DNA of 64,000 nucleotides, taken from assembly GCA_043228905.1 (NCBI GenBank), contig JBHGNT010000017.1, positions 17,174,001-17,238,000 of the forward strand. Reading direction: 5' to 3'. The notes under the pieces were generated by a model. The model ran no database searches. It was not told the DNA's origin and saw nothing but the letters and a program-made list of their open reading frames with translations. This stretch comes from Azolla caroliniana. Taxonomy: Eukaryota; Plantae; Polypodiophyta. The translations under genes and the position numbers were made by a program. Shown here one piece after another: positions 24,841 to 40,000 of the stretch. Within the stretch, counting starts at the first letter, position 1; every line of letters begins with the position of its first letter.

Positions 24841-27800
24841 AGATGACCCTGCACCATTTATCCCCCACCTTAGAACTCATGTCAATCAACACAACACATC
24901 TTGCTCCCTAACACGTGTTTTGAATACTTTTTTGTCTCTCTTGGAAGGACTCCCCCCCTCAATCGTGCAATGTAACCTCCCCAACTACGACCAACTCGAG
25001 AAACTAGACCACAGTGAAAAATGACCCCTGCCATGGGCATATTCCTGCAAGAGGAGGACCACTTGAGACATACCATAATTCTCAAGATAGAGATTCATGT
25101 TGACTAGCAAGTTGATGGTGAAAATGTGTGTCATGCTTGAGTAGGGGTTCTCATGGGTAAACTCATGTGAGATAACACATATCGAGGTGTATATAAGACG
25201 AAAGGACGTTAAAAGTTTATTGACAAGGGGATTACATTGGACAAAAAGGTACGTGTTTGTGGAGGGAATTGATACATGAACAATGTCAATCTCAAATACA
25301 TAGCTACCCATCAATCTATGTTGTCTTTTGGCTTTCCATGAAATATGAAACAACATCGAGCTATTTGTGATGCACTTAGATGTATTGGGTTGCATGTACA
25401 CTACGTCCATGAATTCATTGAGTGTATTAGGTGAACAATTTGTCTAGGGTAATTAATCTCCCCTCATATGTCCCTCCCCCAACCCTCTCTCTATGTGTTG
25501 ATATGTTTTCCGGAACCATTGATCGAACCATGTTCCGTCTTTAACACTCGTTGTCATGAATTACCAATCCTATAATGGTAAGTGAAAGGGAGATTGTGCA
25601 TATATCAACCAATTCCCAACCCATAATTATTATTATAAATATGCATTTACCATTATAGGAGAGAATCTCATACAATACACTTGGCCCATTTGGTGGAGAG
25701 GACTAAATAACCATAGTAAATTTATCGCATTGATTTGAGATTTGTCTTTTGAGACACGAGGATTTTTCTCACAAACTCACCTCATGGTATATTTTTTATT
25801 GCCTCTCTTTACACAAACAAGCTTCGTTTCAGAATATAAAAGGTATTTCGGTTAAGGGTAACCCTCAAAACAAAATGGCAAGAGCAGAGATAGTTTTGCT
25901 CGTGTATGGAATATAACACGTTTACGTGACATTAACATCCTTCCCTATTCATACTTTCTTTATCCATACTTTCTCATTCTTCTATTAAAAATATAAACAT
26001 ACACACATTTCGTATGTCCTTTGTGTGAACCCACTATTTCAGGGACAAATAAATAGTCCATTGTTGAATCCACATAGTCTATTAATGATATTAACCTTTA
26101 CCTATTGGCAATTGCCCATAACCATGTATTGTGCATATTCACTATTACGAATCACATGTATAGCATGAGTGACCCTTTGTGAGCCATTCACAAGGAGATG
26201 ATTATAGAGCTCCCTTTTACTTATCTAATGTTGACTCAAGGACGTTAGGTTTAATATCTCGTACATGTTACCTACCCCACACTATTTGATGGGTCGGTGC
26301 TCATTTGTAACCAAATCAAGACATTTGCTCTTTCGTTTGTTTGTATATATTCTGAAGTATGGTTCACATGAGTATTACACATTCTCTTGTCACATCAATA
26401 CAAAATATATCCGGATAATAGTATGCAAAGCTATGTGGAATATAGCCCAGTAACATCAAGAAAGGAAAACCACAAATTGGAAGCCTCTCACACCCTTGAG
26501 AGTTATCCATACAAAGATGTGATCACAATGACAAGGAGTCTGTTTTATAACCAATCACCTCATATGTTTATAATTATATTCCTTTGTGAGAGGAAACACT
26601 TATTTTGATGCACGAGTACTAGTCTTGGACACATGCATCATATGCTTGTTCCAATTTTAGCTTATAACAAAACTAACTAGCAATGTAAGGGGAAGAATAT
26701 CACTCTTTATTGTTCCCATTTATTTCCCAATTATATATGTGCATTGTTTGAAAGAACATGTCAACTTGTCCATAGATCCATGGACGCGTAAAGGCAATTG
26801 GTCTGAACATGGTTACCTCTTAGAACTTCACCCATGAAGTTTGGTGGGCCTCCGAAAAACCCAAATTCTCGGAAGAGAATAAGTAAGAATAATGATTTAG
26901 TAACACAACATGGATGGTCGAGACTCGATACCATAAAAGAGGAGTTTCATGGCTTTCGTTCTAGGAGAGGGAGCCTCCTCACTCGAAAAACAAAATGGAA
27001 ATTGATTATACTCTTGATGGTATGGAAACTGTCTCACTTCATCTAGATATAATTTTAGGTAGACAATATCTCAATTGACCTATAAATTATCATATTCTCT
27101 TTAAAAGAAAGGATCGTGTCACGTAATAGGGTTCACCCCCATGTTTATGCACTTTCTTTCTCATGAATCGACATATTCTATTGATGTTTGCTATTATTAT
27201 TTATTTATTGTTTCTATACTCACACTCGTTGAATATTTTATTTCTTATGAATAATGACGACGTTTTCGTTTTCTTTTTATGTCTCGATGCTGTCAAGTCC
27301 TGTTCACATTCCCATCACTATCTCACAACAATTAGGTTAGCAATTTACTCTACTCTTATGTCAAGGCAGTTGGAAACACACACGGCCCACAAATCCATAT
27401 CCTTCTCCAATGTGGAGCCTACATACAACGATTCTCAAAATGTTAATGTTATGTTAGATATACTTTGAGCACATGCAAAGTTACCTTACTTCAAACATTT
27501 AACATGAAATTCCACATAAACATGCATCCATGTATCGTGAAAGTTTTCATTTGTAAATACATGCTCTAGAAACGGAGGTTCCTTCATGCTTGTAACAAGG
27601 TAAAAACCAAAATAATGACGACTTTTGAAGTCGAACCATGAAATGCCATATTGTTATCTCTGAACCATGGTATATACATTACCACTCTTTTACATAGAGT
27701 GATGTAGGTTTAAACAATTTGACATCTAACAATACACACTATGACATTATTGTAACATTAATTAGTGACACTTCAACCTCAACACATGTTCTACTAGTGA

Positions 27801-30319
27801 TAAAAGGTTGAAGGATTTCATAAATGCAAGACAAAAGAATCGATGTTGGTCCTTAACATGGTTTCGCAATGAGAGCAACTAAAACATTTCCATGGTTGAA
27901 TGCTTTCGATGCAAAACAATTAGTCTCCACAGAAACTCAGAAACCATGCTTTCACAACATAAATTAATGTGTGGCGGTTCAAGCATAAGAAATAACCATC
28001 ATCGATAATGCACGCGAACTCAAGAAGGCCTTCATTTTCCACAAGAAAACTACGTACATAGAACTAAAAAGGCATTCTTTAATACAAAAGGCACACATCT
28101 TACATGGATATGTTTCATTCTTTAATGAACAAAAAGCATTAAATATAAAACAATTCATCGTTTTGTAATTGAACGAGTACATGCTTTATTTATCTTAAAG
28201 TTTTAACAAAAGTGTAGATAATTGTGTAACATTGTAATATAAAACACGATATTCGCCAGATTAATCACGACAGTCCTTCGAGCATCATGTGATTCTTATC
28301 GTTATTTTATAAATGACAATGCATTAAGTATATGAAACTTTACGACATTCATTAGCATCTATATTCTTGACTCGTTACAGCTGTATCTCACGTCAATTGC
28401 ATTCGATCCTTGAATGAAACAAACGTATGATACAACCATTGACCATTGGTATACCGAGTACATTAAAAAAACATAAGCAAGACAAAATAGTTATTTCATT
28501 CATCCACTTTCAATAGCAAGCAAGCAACAAGATTTCATGTCGTGTCTAGCTTTTCTTCTTTTTAACAATTCCATCAACAAGTACCTACACTTTGGAATAA
28601 TGAGTATATCTATTTCATCTTTCTATCTGTTATCATAATGACATCTTGCGATATGGTTGCAATCTTGTTAATGTGCATATTTAAAGAGAGCAACCTATTG
28701 TGTCAACTTACACATCTACACATGGTTGCAATATTGTTAACGAGCATCTTTAAAGGTATACAATCTAAAGTTTCATCTCAGTATGCATAACATTGTTCTA
28801 GATAAAGACCACCCCCTTGCCCTCTTAAAGAGAAAAACATAAGAAAAAAACGGTATCGACAAAGACAAATGCGACAATCATGTCTAGAAGATGTCACATG
28901 CATGCACACATAGAAAATGATTTAGTGACGAAGTAAGTGCTCTCAATTGTAGCTTCTAGTCCCATTCTTCAACCTTGGGATTGCACAAATTTTTTTGACA
29001 GTAGATGTTATACAAATATCTTTGTTGAAATTAATATTGACCTCTACGAAAGCATAATGTGAAGAATTCACTGACGTGGCAAATGAGTTTTATAAAGAGA
29101 GGAGAGAGCATTTGCACACAATAAATATAGTAAAGAGAGGTACAGTGTTAAGAAAGGCAACTTGTGAAATGTCGACAAGGCCTGCAATGGGGCAAACATG
29201 TGTATTTACATAGTAGGAAAATCGTACAATTAACATTATTCAAGGAAATGAAACCTAAAGCACCAACCTACAATGCCATGTATCAAATAGAGCTAAAAAG
29301 AAGAAAACCTTACAGCTCACATTGTCGAGACATAGGTTCCGAACATTCCTACAATTAGAATTGGAAGAATCATGCAATTATAACTATGAAATGCGAATCC
29401 CCCAGTACCGCGACTAACTATGATTCGCCTATTCTTTGATAATATGTTAGCCTTGATGTGGTGTTTTTCTTGTAATTTATTAATACAACACTACGATATA
29501 CCATCATGAAAAGTTCATACATGCAGTAACACAAATTGTTAGCATTAGGCACATAGCTTTTACAGTATATTATGACAAACATGAACTAAAAAATAACAAA
29601 CACCACAATATCCTAGATCTATAAAAAATATTCTATTATTAGATATTGGGTATCCTTTGCTTAGATGGTCATGTGTAACAATAGTATGTGATGAGATGCA
29701 TAAAATTTATTCATCATGAAGTTGGGCCAATGTGCTTTTTATATGTCACGAATCACTCTCTTTAACACTCTCTTAGATAGACATGAATGCACAATAATAT
29801 TGTATCACCAACTCTAAGATCAACAAAATTTCACCATTTGTGGATATTAGAGAGCCCTTGTGTTGTGATATTATGTACATGATGGGATTGCATTCATGAA
29901 CAGAGGCTTTAAAAATCGGGGGAAGTATAAAATTGAAATAAGATTTTCATACGCATCATAGAGTGGACCTGCAATTTCAATGTTCACCAAAATAGTGTAT
30001 GTTCTTTAATCAAATGTCTATATCAAAAACAAGGTTTCGCATTGAGCTATAATAGTCAAAACAAGGAAGACAAAATAAAGTCTTGAATATGGTTGAAAAC
30101 ATGATAAATAGTAACATAATGTCAAAACACTTATTGATTATCTAAACATGTTCAACGTTGAATACTTTGTAGGTATGAATGTAATCATTGGTCCAAATTG
30201 TCCTCTATTCTCAATATGATTATATCTACTTGAGTCATGACTCCTAGTGATGCCATTTAAGAATGAAGAGTGATGGGATACATGATTAAGGGGGTTGACC
30301 TACACCATATATAAATTAT

Positions 30320-30680
30320 TGGCTTTGAAGGTCAAATATGACCTATGAGCAAAAAGTATAATGTTTTCACATAATATTGTGGGAAAGTGAGTAGCCACTC
30401 TTGATGTTCAAGAACTTTACTAATGAATGTAGCAATTTGAGAGTTCACACTATGATTGTTAGGGAAATTCATGTAATAAATGTTGGGTCAAAGATGTGTG
30501 TATTGCATTGTTGAATATGATCATAGCTAGAGAGTGTTGTACCAAAGTGTGATACTTAGACTCTCAAAGTTGTTTAGGGAGAAATGTGCAGAGTCGACTT
30601 GTCTCATCACATGCGCTCCAATGTCTTGTTTCACATTGAATCGAGTATGAAAAACTGACATAGACGAGGGGTTGCATGAA
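30320..30680 (-). mobile_element. 3' fragment of the LINE family seen at 11330-12055
   Basis: Aligns by eye to 11338-11550 (aagtgagtagc.actct...gaattcatg...aagatgtgt). Hairpin at 30329-30344. Confidence 0.6.
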
Positions 30681-32949
30681 ATGGAGTAGGTGAATATTGA
30701 CTCGGGAAGAGAAAGAGAAACAATTAGCAAGAAGGAAGAGAACAAGAGCAAAAGACATGGAACTATGAATTCCGTAATTGGTGTTGTTCACCTTGATTGT
30801 AGTGAAGGGGATCACACATATTTATACAAGGTTTGGAGAGGCATGATACAAAGAAAGTTCTCGGGATGTGTGTGTTCTAATGGATTCTAGAAAAAAAGTT
30901 CTAGAGGATTATCAAATATACAAGAAGATCCATGCAATGTAATATGTGTTAATGGATTCTAGAATATATAGTTATCACAAAAGGTGAATAGCCAAGCCAA
31001 GTGGTTAAAACTATTCATCATGTAGGGAGGATTCAAGTTTGAATCTTGGCTATGACAAAAAAGCAAGAGGAAATCTATTCACTATGTGGGGAGGATTCGA
31101 GTTTGAATCTTGGTTATAATGTGTGAAGCCAAAGCAAATCTAAAATTTCCCCATGTCATTAGACATTGACATTGTAAAAATACTCCTCCATTCACAAAGG
31201 AATACATTGATCCACAATGAAGCAAGAATATTGCATCATATCCCATCTTCTAAAGAAAATTTTCATATTTTGCATTTATCTGAAATACAAGTTTTTGTTT
31301 TATGTGTCTTTTGCATTTTTTTACTTGTTTCGCATACCATTTTGGGAAGTCGATGTGAAAGACTTATTTGAAACTTAAGCGGGTACTCAACAACTCTTTC
31401 TATGGCCTTGATAAGAATGGGAAGTGATCCGTATTAAGAAGTAGAAAGGTGCATGACAAATGTTTCTTAACTTGGAAAAACTTTGTTTGAAAACGCTTTT
31501 GGTGATCACGTGACATTTGGTTCCAATTTTGCAACCCTCATGTTAGACAAATGAAAGCATTTGTTAGATTAGTTCTAATTAAATTTTTTACCTCATGTAC
31601 AATATAGATTCAAGTTATCGGACATTGTCTCCACCTCTTATACCACCTCGATCATAGGGGCCATGTCCCTGTATCAAGGATGAATGCATCACACTCGAAC
31701 CCTTGGGATCAGAGGCAAGATTCCCGATCGGAGAGGATAATGTGTTGGCGTACTTTATGTCAAAGCACAATCACCCTATCACAAGCTTGGGTATAAAAAG
31801 GGAGTGTACCCTCAATCACCACCACACTACGATAAATATAAATTATGTTACAATTTCGTATTTTATGATTGGGCAACTCGTTTTCCCTAGACATAATGTA
31901 ACATATGGGTACAAGGCATTGCATCTTCTGATTATTGGTACAAGCTTGGTCATGGTAGAATGTCACGATCAAGACACAGGCTCCAAGAATTGGAATGACA
32001 CATATATTTTTATGTTCCACGCCTCTTGGTCACACAAGAGAGACATGGGGAGACCATCTAGTTCTTGCATGCCTTTGATCATTGTTACGTTCATACAATT
32101 CAAGACAATATGGAGGATGGATGGAAGCATCATTGCCTCGTGATAGAGAGGTTTTTAGTTTTTGGGGTTGGCTTTATATGATAGGCCCATCCACCATATA
32201 TTGTGATGCTAGTCGAGACAAACCTACTCCAACTAACCCCATGAATTGACCTAATCACTTGGGCACCTCCATTATTCTCAATTGCAGCTTGGTTGTCACC
32301 AACGAACCTGACAATCCAAGGGCTTGAAACCCTATGGCACGCTAACCTAGAAACATGTAGGAGCAATTGTTTATTTCCTCAATCTAGAGGAGGTCATAGA
32401 TCTAGGAGGACATGAAGCGTGGATACTTTAAGTCTACATTCACTTAGGATGTGCCCATCTACCAATGTTCCTCAAGATGACTCAATAAGATTCCTCAAAA
32501 CAAAAAAGGGATTTTGATTCACTAAGTTGAGAAAAAAACAAAAAAATGAGTTTTTTACATACAAGAATAAAAGTGCAAAAGTGGTTTCCGTAAATACTAC
32601 ATTGACTCTGAATAGTTTGATGATATTAGAACTTCCCTATCTATAGACAATATAGTACCCCTAGTTCTATGCACGCTCACCACCTCGCCTTAATGCATGC
32701 ATGGTACTTGGTTAACGCAAATATTCGCCACTCAGACATAATGTAAAATGCTAAAATAACAACCATTTCAAGTCTATTATAATGAAGCAATAATAATATT
32801 TTACAAACGTAACAATTGCTTCTTCTTTTTTCCAAAAAAATATTCTTCATTAGTAGAAATTCTACATACATGACAAAATGATTAGTTTGACAACCTTATA
32901 AAGGTTGTATCCGGGATAGGCCAATAAAAAACTCAAAGACTTAGAGTAT

Positions 32950-34330
32950 AAAACTACAAAGAATGGTGACCACATACAAGAATCTTCTTTCCATCTCATG
33001 TGATCACTGGCTTAAACACTGAACTGTAGTTTCTCATTGTTCATCCATGTAGTTATCCATATGTGGATAGATACTACGTCATTATTCTTCCGTTCTCACG
33101 TGCTCATCAACATATGTAATAATTGCTCATCACCATGGCTTTACAATATATTAGACCTTTATCTACCATGGTTGTATGACTACAAGCATTTCCAACCGGC
33201 TTTGGTAAAACTCCATTTCCTCTCATCTGGTCAAATACAGAAAACACATTTTCAATTTCTCCAACTTGACCATATCCTGTAATTAGAACATTGAAGGAGA
33301 CTATATTTCGAGTTGGAAGCATATCAAACAGTTCACGTGCTTTCTCTAAGACTCCACACTTAGCATATAGATCAAACAATGCATTGCCAACAACTTGATT
33401 TCTCTTCAACCTGCCCATCTCCTCAATCTTTACATGCAATTCTCTGCCCTTTTCTATTGCTCCAATGTTAGCACAAGCTTTTAGAGTACCTACAAATGTG
33501 ACAAAATTAGAAGATTCTCTTCTTTTGCATGAGCTCAAAAGCATTAAGGGCCTCCTCGTCATTCTCATAGTGCACATAACCTGTGAACAATGTATTCCAT
33601 GTCACTATATCACATATGAGAAGTTTGTCAAACACAGCCTTTGCTTTTGTTAGCATGCCAGATTTCAAATAATCTCTACTAGTGCATTTCCAACAAGTTG
33701 GCTTTTTCTGAAAAGCCCAAGTTTCCTCTCAGCATCGAAATGTATCTCATTGCCCTTGTTTGCAAATCTAATGCACCCACAAGCTTTCAAAATGCATGCA
33801 CATGTGACTTCATCTCCAGAAATTCATTGAAGTTGCATCTTCTTGACTTGATCAACGCGTCCTCACCTTGCTCCTTTTTTGCTTTTTCAAGTGAACCAAC
33901 ATGTCAACTATTCATCTGGGATGATCCCCTGACATTGCATATGCTCGAAACCTTCCAATGCTTCCTGATGTCAATCATGAAGACCATGCCGTGCTATTAA
34001 TGCATTCCATGACACCACATCACGAATTGAGATCTTATCGTATACATCTCTGACTTGATCTATCGTACCACATTTTGAATACATGCCCATTAAAGAAAAA
34101 GCATTACTTTCCATTGCCTTATTCCCACAAATATGTGCATGTATTTGTTGGCCATTTTCCACAACTTTCAGCTTAGCACAAGCTTTTGGAAGCACAGAAA
34201 CAACATAATCACTGGGTGTTGGATTTGTAAACACCAAACTTTCCCTTCCGCCCTTGTAGCTATTTCTTGCATTGTGTTGAAGTTCTGAATCGCAGACTTC
34301 TAGATATATTTATTCGGAATATACTTGGCC
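32950..34330 (-). pseudogene. PLS-class pentatricopeptide repeat (PPR) pseudogene
   Basis: Motifs LMGMYSKCGTIDQVRDVYDKISIRDVVSWNALI and TFVGTLKACANIGAIEKGRELH..VGNALFDLYAKCG..ARELFD..RNIVSFNVLITGY. Broken by frameshifts, stops and deletions. Ends are approximate. Confidence 0.85.
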
Positions 34331-34374
34331 GAATACAACAGTCACCTGCAAAAGAAAATGCTTCTATTTTCCTC

Positions 34375-34940
34375 GTCCCCTCATGAAAGTCTGCTTCAGC
34401 CCCAACAACATCATCACTCATCCTTATCAAACAAAGAAAATATGCTTCCTTTTCCCCAACCAACATGTCGCCGATTACTACCAACGTCCACATCAACCAT
34501 CTCTCCGTAGCATAGCAAATCCTGTACATACTAAACAAAATCACAATGACACTACTCTCTTAATCCCCTCATGAAATTCCGCTTCTTCCCCAACACCATT
34601 GTCACTCATCCTTTACCAAAATAGACAATGTTCTTCGTTTTCCACATCAACCGTCTGTTCGTTTGCCATTGAAGTCATGTACAAACAAAATAGAGTGAAT
34701 GTGCTATCCTCATCCCCTCATAAAAACATTGCTTCAACCCCCCAACACCACCATGATTCACTCATCCTTAAAAAAAAGACAATTTGCTTCAATAACCACA
34801 TCAACCACCGAGAACCTGTACCAAAAAACATAATGACACTACTCTCTTGATCCCCTCATGAAATTCCGCTTCTTCACCCGACACCATCGTCACTCACCCT
34901 TTACCAAAATAGACAATATTCTTTGTTTTCCACATCAATT
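34375..34940. repeat. Degenerate tandem repeat (4 units of about 140-190 bp)
   Basis: cccctcat(g/a)aaa...gcttc...caaca.ca...tcactca.cctt recurs at about 34377, 34565, 34714 and 34852. Confidence 0.7.
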
Positions 34941-37058
34941 GCTTTTAAGCTAATGTATAATTCTTACATCATGATGGTCATGAGTTCAAGTCCTCTAATT
35001 GATTTATAATGTTTTGCATTATCAAGAGCTTCAACCTTGTTTCTCCCATTGCACGAGGGTCCATGCTCCTTGTTGATTCCTAGGTCTTTGGTTTCTTCTT
35101 CAAATTCCTCATCTGTGCTTCTTGGCTTGGCACAAAAACAACAAATAATTGCTTTAGCAATATCAAAATATATTTTGCCATCTCATGTGGCCTACTATCC
35201 AACCCACAACGAGAAGATAATATAATGTCCTTAGTGGTCATATATCCTTTATTGGGTGATGATCAAGCCCACATATTGTCATGGTGTGTTGTAGACCTTA
35301 TGGTGAAATCGGGTTCCATCATGGAATAGGGGTTTGGATTTGCCTTGTGGTCAATATTCCTATGTTTGCACTTGGTTAACCAAATTGGAATCTAATACTT
35401 GGGCCAAATGGCAAGAGTAACTTTATTTCATTGCTTATTGGAAGCCACAACTTTTAGTTCACATTTGTTGGGTCTAGGAGCAAATTTGGAGTCTCAATTA
35501 CGACCTTTGGGACTAGTTATGATGAAGCCCTTCAAGCTTTTTATGTTGTAACTAGTTTCATACTATGTTTTTCCATATAGCAATTGGCAATAATAAGTGT
35601 GATAGAAAAAGGAGATAAAGGAAAAGGTTAAAATGATGTGGGGAAAAAGGAAACAAGGGAACCATACACGTGTCAATGCACAAAAAAAACCCAAACACAC
35701 TCAAGGTTATGCATTACGATCATGACTTAATGACTAACTTGTCGTTTGTGCACCGTCACTTTGTCCCCGGTTGTTTCTTTTTTCATTTGGTTATTTAATT
35801 TCCCCAAAATAATTCTAAGATGTGTCCGCATTTACTATGTAAGGTGGTGTCAGAGCACCGTCACGAAATATGTCATGTCATGTTTTTTTTTGCATCCATA
35901 TGAAGGAAAAGATTTTGCTTTGTGTGCTCATCATAGCTTTTTACTTGCTTTCCATGTAGTCCTAAGAAGCTAGTGTGAAGGCATTTGCCACTTCATAGGC
36001 ATGTACACCATAGCCCTCTCCATAGTCACCAACCCAATGGTCTCAAGATTTCATAACTTCCAATTCTTTAGAGATGCCTTCCAAATTCTTTAGAGCCAAT
36101 TTCATCCAAAGCAAGAACTTAACTTGTGCTCAAATGCATAGTGTACTCTCTTGGCAACTTCCAAAACTCTGTATAGACAGGTCATTCCACATTATTTGAA
36201 GGAACCCAAAGACCAACAAATTTGAAGCTCTATATCACTTCATGCATCAAATTAGTGTACAAAATGCATGGGTTGTTTTTGGTGCATATTCTCTGTTTTA
36301 TAGTTTCATGACAATCAATCAACCTTATTCCAAAGGTCATAAGCTCTGAAACACCATAACCAAGAGAGACAATACATATTTATAGCTGCATTAACGTTCA
36401 GGAATGTGGAAACATTTATATGCAATGGTCGATTTTATGTCATCCTAAAACACATGATCTGTTAGCATATCTCAGATTTGATCCTTTTCGATGTACTGAT
36501 TTCTCTACCCCCGGATACCTTACAAAGGTGGGACTCATGTATATTGTTTACATATCTGATAAGGTATTTTGCAAATTGGACTCACATTTGAGGTAAATAA
36601 ATCCTTATGCTCAAAAATTTGATTTCTCGCGGTATGATGTTACACCAAACATGAATTACAAGTAAATGGAAAGAGACATTACAATGCGAAATTGTGACAG
36701 GTAGCCATAAATCATCTCTACAATTCAAGGAGAAAGCCCTTGTACGGAGACTGTTATTTTACATGCATCAAGCTAAAATCTAGCAAAGGGATGATTACAA
36801 TGGGCTATATGCTCAGACTTTCTCTGCAATGATGTCTCTCATTCTTATTGAGGATGCCAGTCATTGAATAGAAGCTTGCATCTTTGTATAATCAAATGCT
36901 AAAAAAAAATCAAGATTGAAGCTCAACTGGCTACTTTACAGAGTGATCAGTCACATCAGCAAACAATGAGCTGATGGAGTTTTTACCAATGTAAACATAC
37001 AACAATACAACAGAATCTTCTACAGCTCGTGAAGATGGAAATTTTGTTCTTTGACATA

Positions 37059-40000
37059 TCACCTCCCACCCCACCATTTCTTCCTCTTCTTTTCTGCAGA
37101 TTCGGGTTTCCCGAGCTTCTTCAGCATGTTTTTGGTCTCCTTCAGCCTGCCTTTGAAATCTTTCTTCCATACTTCAAACCTTTGCTTCAGTTTTTGAAGC
37201 TCTGATTCTGGCTTGAAATTGGCTTCAATCTGTCCCGATTTTACTTCCACTAGGAAGTGAGCATCATCATTGAAAACCTGTGTTCGATGTTCAAATTCCT
37301 TCAATAATCGATCAATCACAGATCTACTTGGATCAAGATCACTTCTACTAGCATTGGATTCTCGATGACAGGGTATTTCTGCTGAATTTCCTTGTACATT
37401 CTCGTAAATAGATCGATTTCCTGAAGCACTGCCTTGCTCATTATGTTTTTCTTGTATGGAAGGCTGTACCTCCACAACAGTTTTTGTAGTTGTCAAATTT
37501 TGCTGCAGGGTAGCTATTTGTTTTGTCCACATTTCCTCCATTGATTTCATCTTGGTTTCATAGACTGTCCATTTTCTCTCATACTCCTTTATAGTCTGCT
37601 GTAAAATTGCATTTTCTTCTTCTTTTCGTTGCAGAGTAGCCAGCAACTGTTGCTGCCCACCTTGTTTATCTCCTTTTCTCATGCATTTATTATTTAATCC
37701 TTCATTGATACTACATGCCTGCCATCCAAATGAAAATCAATTAACCTCTTTTTATTTTTCCAATCTGTGTGTGTATAATCACAGCATGGATTGAGACCCC
37801 AACGTCTAAAAGAATTACCCAAGCCAAACTCGCACAGTGGGATCAAAGGATGACAAGTAAACATGATAATGTCCCCCTTTGATTATGTGTAAATAATTTA
37901 TGGAGGATCCATAGGTTTCCAAACACATGACATACCTCCTCTTTTGAATCCTTTTCAACACCATTTTCACCATCCACCTTCCCTTCTGTCCTTATCAGCA
38001 TTTTCTCATGGGTGTCGATATTGTCTCCCAATGTTCTTCCAATCATGTTCTCCTTTACAATATGATGTGCAAAAGATTTCCTCACCAACCAACCTCGTAT
38101 AGCTGGATCACGAAGAATCGTTAAAAAAATCTAGTATAGACTTCCCATTACAACCAGGAAATCCAGAATTTTTTTTTAATATTTCTGTCTGCATTTATCC
38201 AAAGTAGTGAAAATAGTTCGATCTCATTGATGTACAGGTAGACATAGTTATGAGAAATGTGTTTGTTAGACTTACAGGCTTGCAAATATGTTAATGCTTT
38301 TTTCTGCTTCTTAAAACTGCATCGGACTTTGTAGCCTCGATATGCCTTCTGCACTGCCACAATGGCAAGCACATGCTTTTTCCATATCTGCTCCAGCCTA
38401 TCAAGCTTTGGAATACATACGTACACACATCAGTATCAGTAATATTCCTAGACCTACAACCAAATTCTATACGAAAAGGTAAACTCATGATTTCCTGTAC
38501 AGTCTTTTCACAAAGGAAAACTTTTACAGTGACATTATAGTATGATATCATACAGGTACCCATGGACATATTTTAACAGAAGGAAATTATCAACTCAAGC
38601 ACTACCATCTACCAAAAATTCACCTTTATTTCATGTAGCAAATATAAAATTTGTAGTTCCTCTTTTATGAATTCCCATGATTTCCTCTCCTCATGGCATA
38701 CCAGTGAATCTAAATTCACTAGCATTCTGGGTAGCCATTTTTCTAGTAACCTAATGATCCATTTTTCAATGTAGGGTATATAATGTGAGCAAGTAATACC
38801 TGTCCTGGGTAGAAGAATAAGTTTCTCAAACCCACACGATACACGTATGGAGGTACATTAAACCTCTGCAGAATTTCTATGCATATACCAAGTTCATCCT
38901 GGTCAGTGGCAACATTGGGTGCAGGTGCAACAAACGTACCAAACCTGCACACATGTTGTGTTAAGGGGAACATTCTGCTGTGGCATAGATGAGCTCCATT
39001 TTACGAAGGGCATATACCTGCTTGCAAACAGCTTATGTGAAATTTGTTCCCCATGATGTGTTCTTGATTGTTCCACGGCTTCAGTGAGTCTATTCAATCG
39101 CAACTGCTCAAGTACAAATTCTTCCTCAAATAAACCTTTAAGCAGCAGTTTATTAGGCATAATACAGAGTATGAAAGATGGTGAACTGCTTTTCAGTTGC
39201 TGCAGTACGTGGTGTACCCATTCCTGGAAGTAGCTTGCATCAACAGTAAAGATAACCATATCAATTCTATATTTTATTTTGTTAATTGCTTACAAAGACT
39301 TTTCTGTTAACACAAAACGGGATTATGAATCCTGCAACCATCTATATTTTCACCTGACATCTGGAAGAAAGGGTCACATCTGAATCCAATTCACTACTTA
39401 TAGGTGTACAAGTATGATGGACATCCATATTATTTTTCTCTGAGCTGTATGGCAGCTGAGACATGCATGAGTGTAAGATTTCCAGATGTTGGCATCCAAC
39501 AACTTGGTTGAGTTCCTTTAAAATTTGAGTGGAATCATATGTCACCTGCAAACGTCACTCAACAGAATTGTTTACCCCAAATAATAATTTGTTAAGCAAA
39601 AATTTAAATTCTCCATACGAATACAAATACCTCTCCAAAAATGTGATATATTGAATACTCATGGCTGTTCTTTTGTTGGCAGCAACTACTATTGTCTATC
39701 AGTGTTTCTAATCTATTTGTGAAGCCAGAATGTTCACTTTTTGATACATTCTCCAACAGAGGAAATAATGCCTGATTGAAATATCAATGTTCAAGACATA
39801 GAAACTATTACTACAAAAGCACATGGCAATGATTTGCAAAAAAATATTTATATATGAGTTGCACATTGTGATAGATATGAGGAAACATGTACAAACCTGC
39901 TCCAGAAATTCAAGAACAGCATTTGGTGCAGAACCAATTCTACTTTGTCCACAGATGATATCCTGAAAAGTAAAGCAGACAAGTTCTATTTCAAGATTAC

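Noticed and set aside
24850-29000. Possible decayed DNA transposon (Ulp1-like or Helitron-like coding traces)
   Set aside because: Only faint motif resemblance, with no termini, TSD or usable ORF that I can support.
31390-32550. Possible old retroelement 3' fragment ending in A-rich runs
   Set aside because: No diagnostic motif was recognised with enough confidence.
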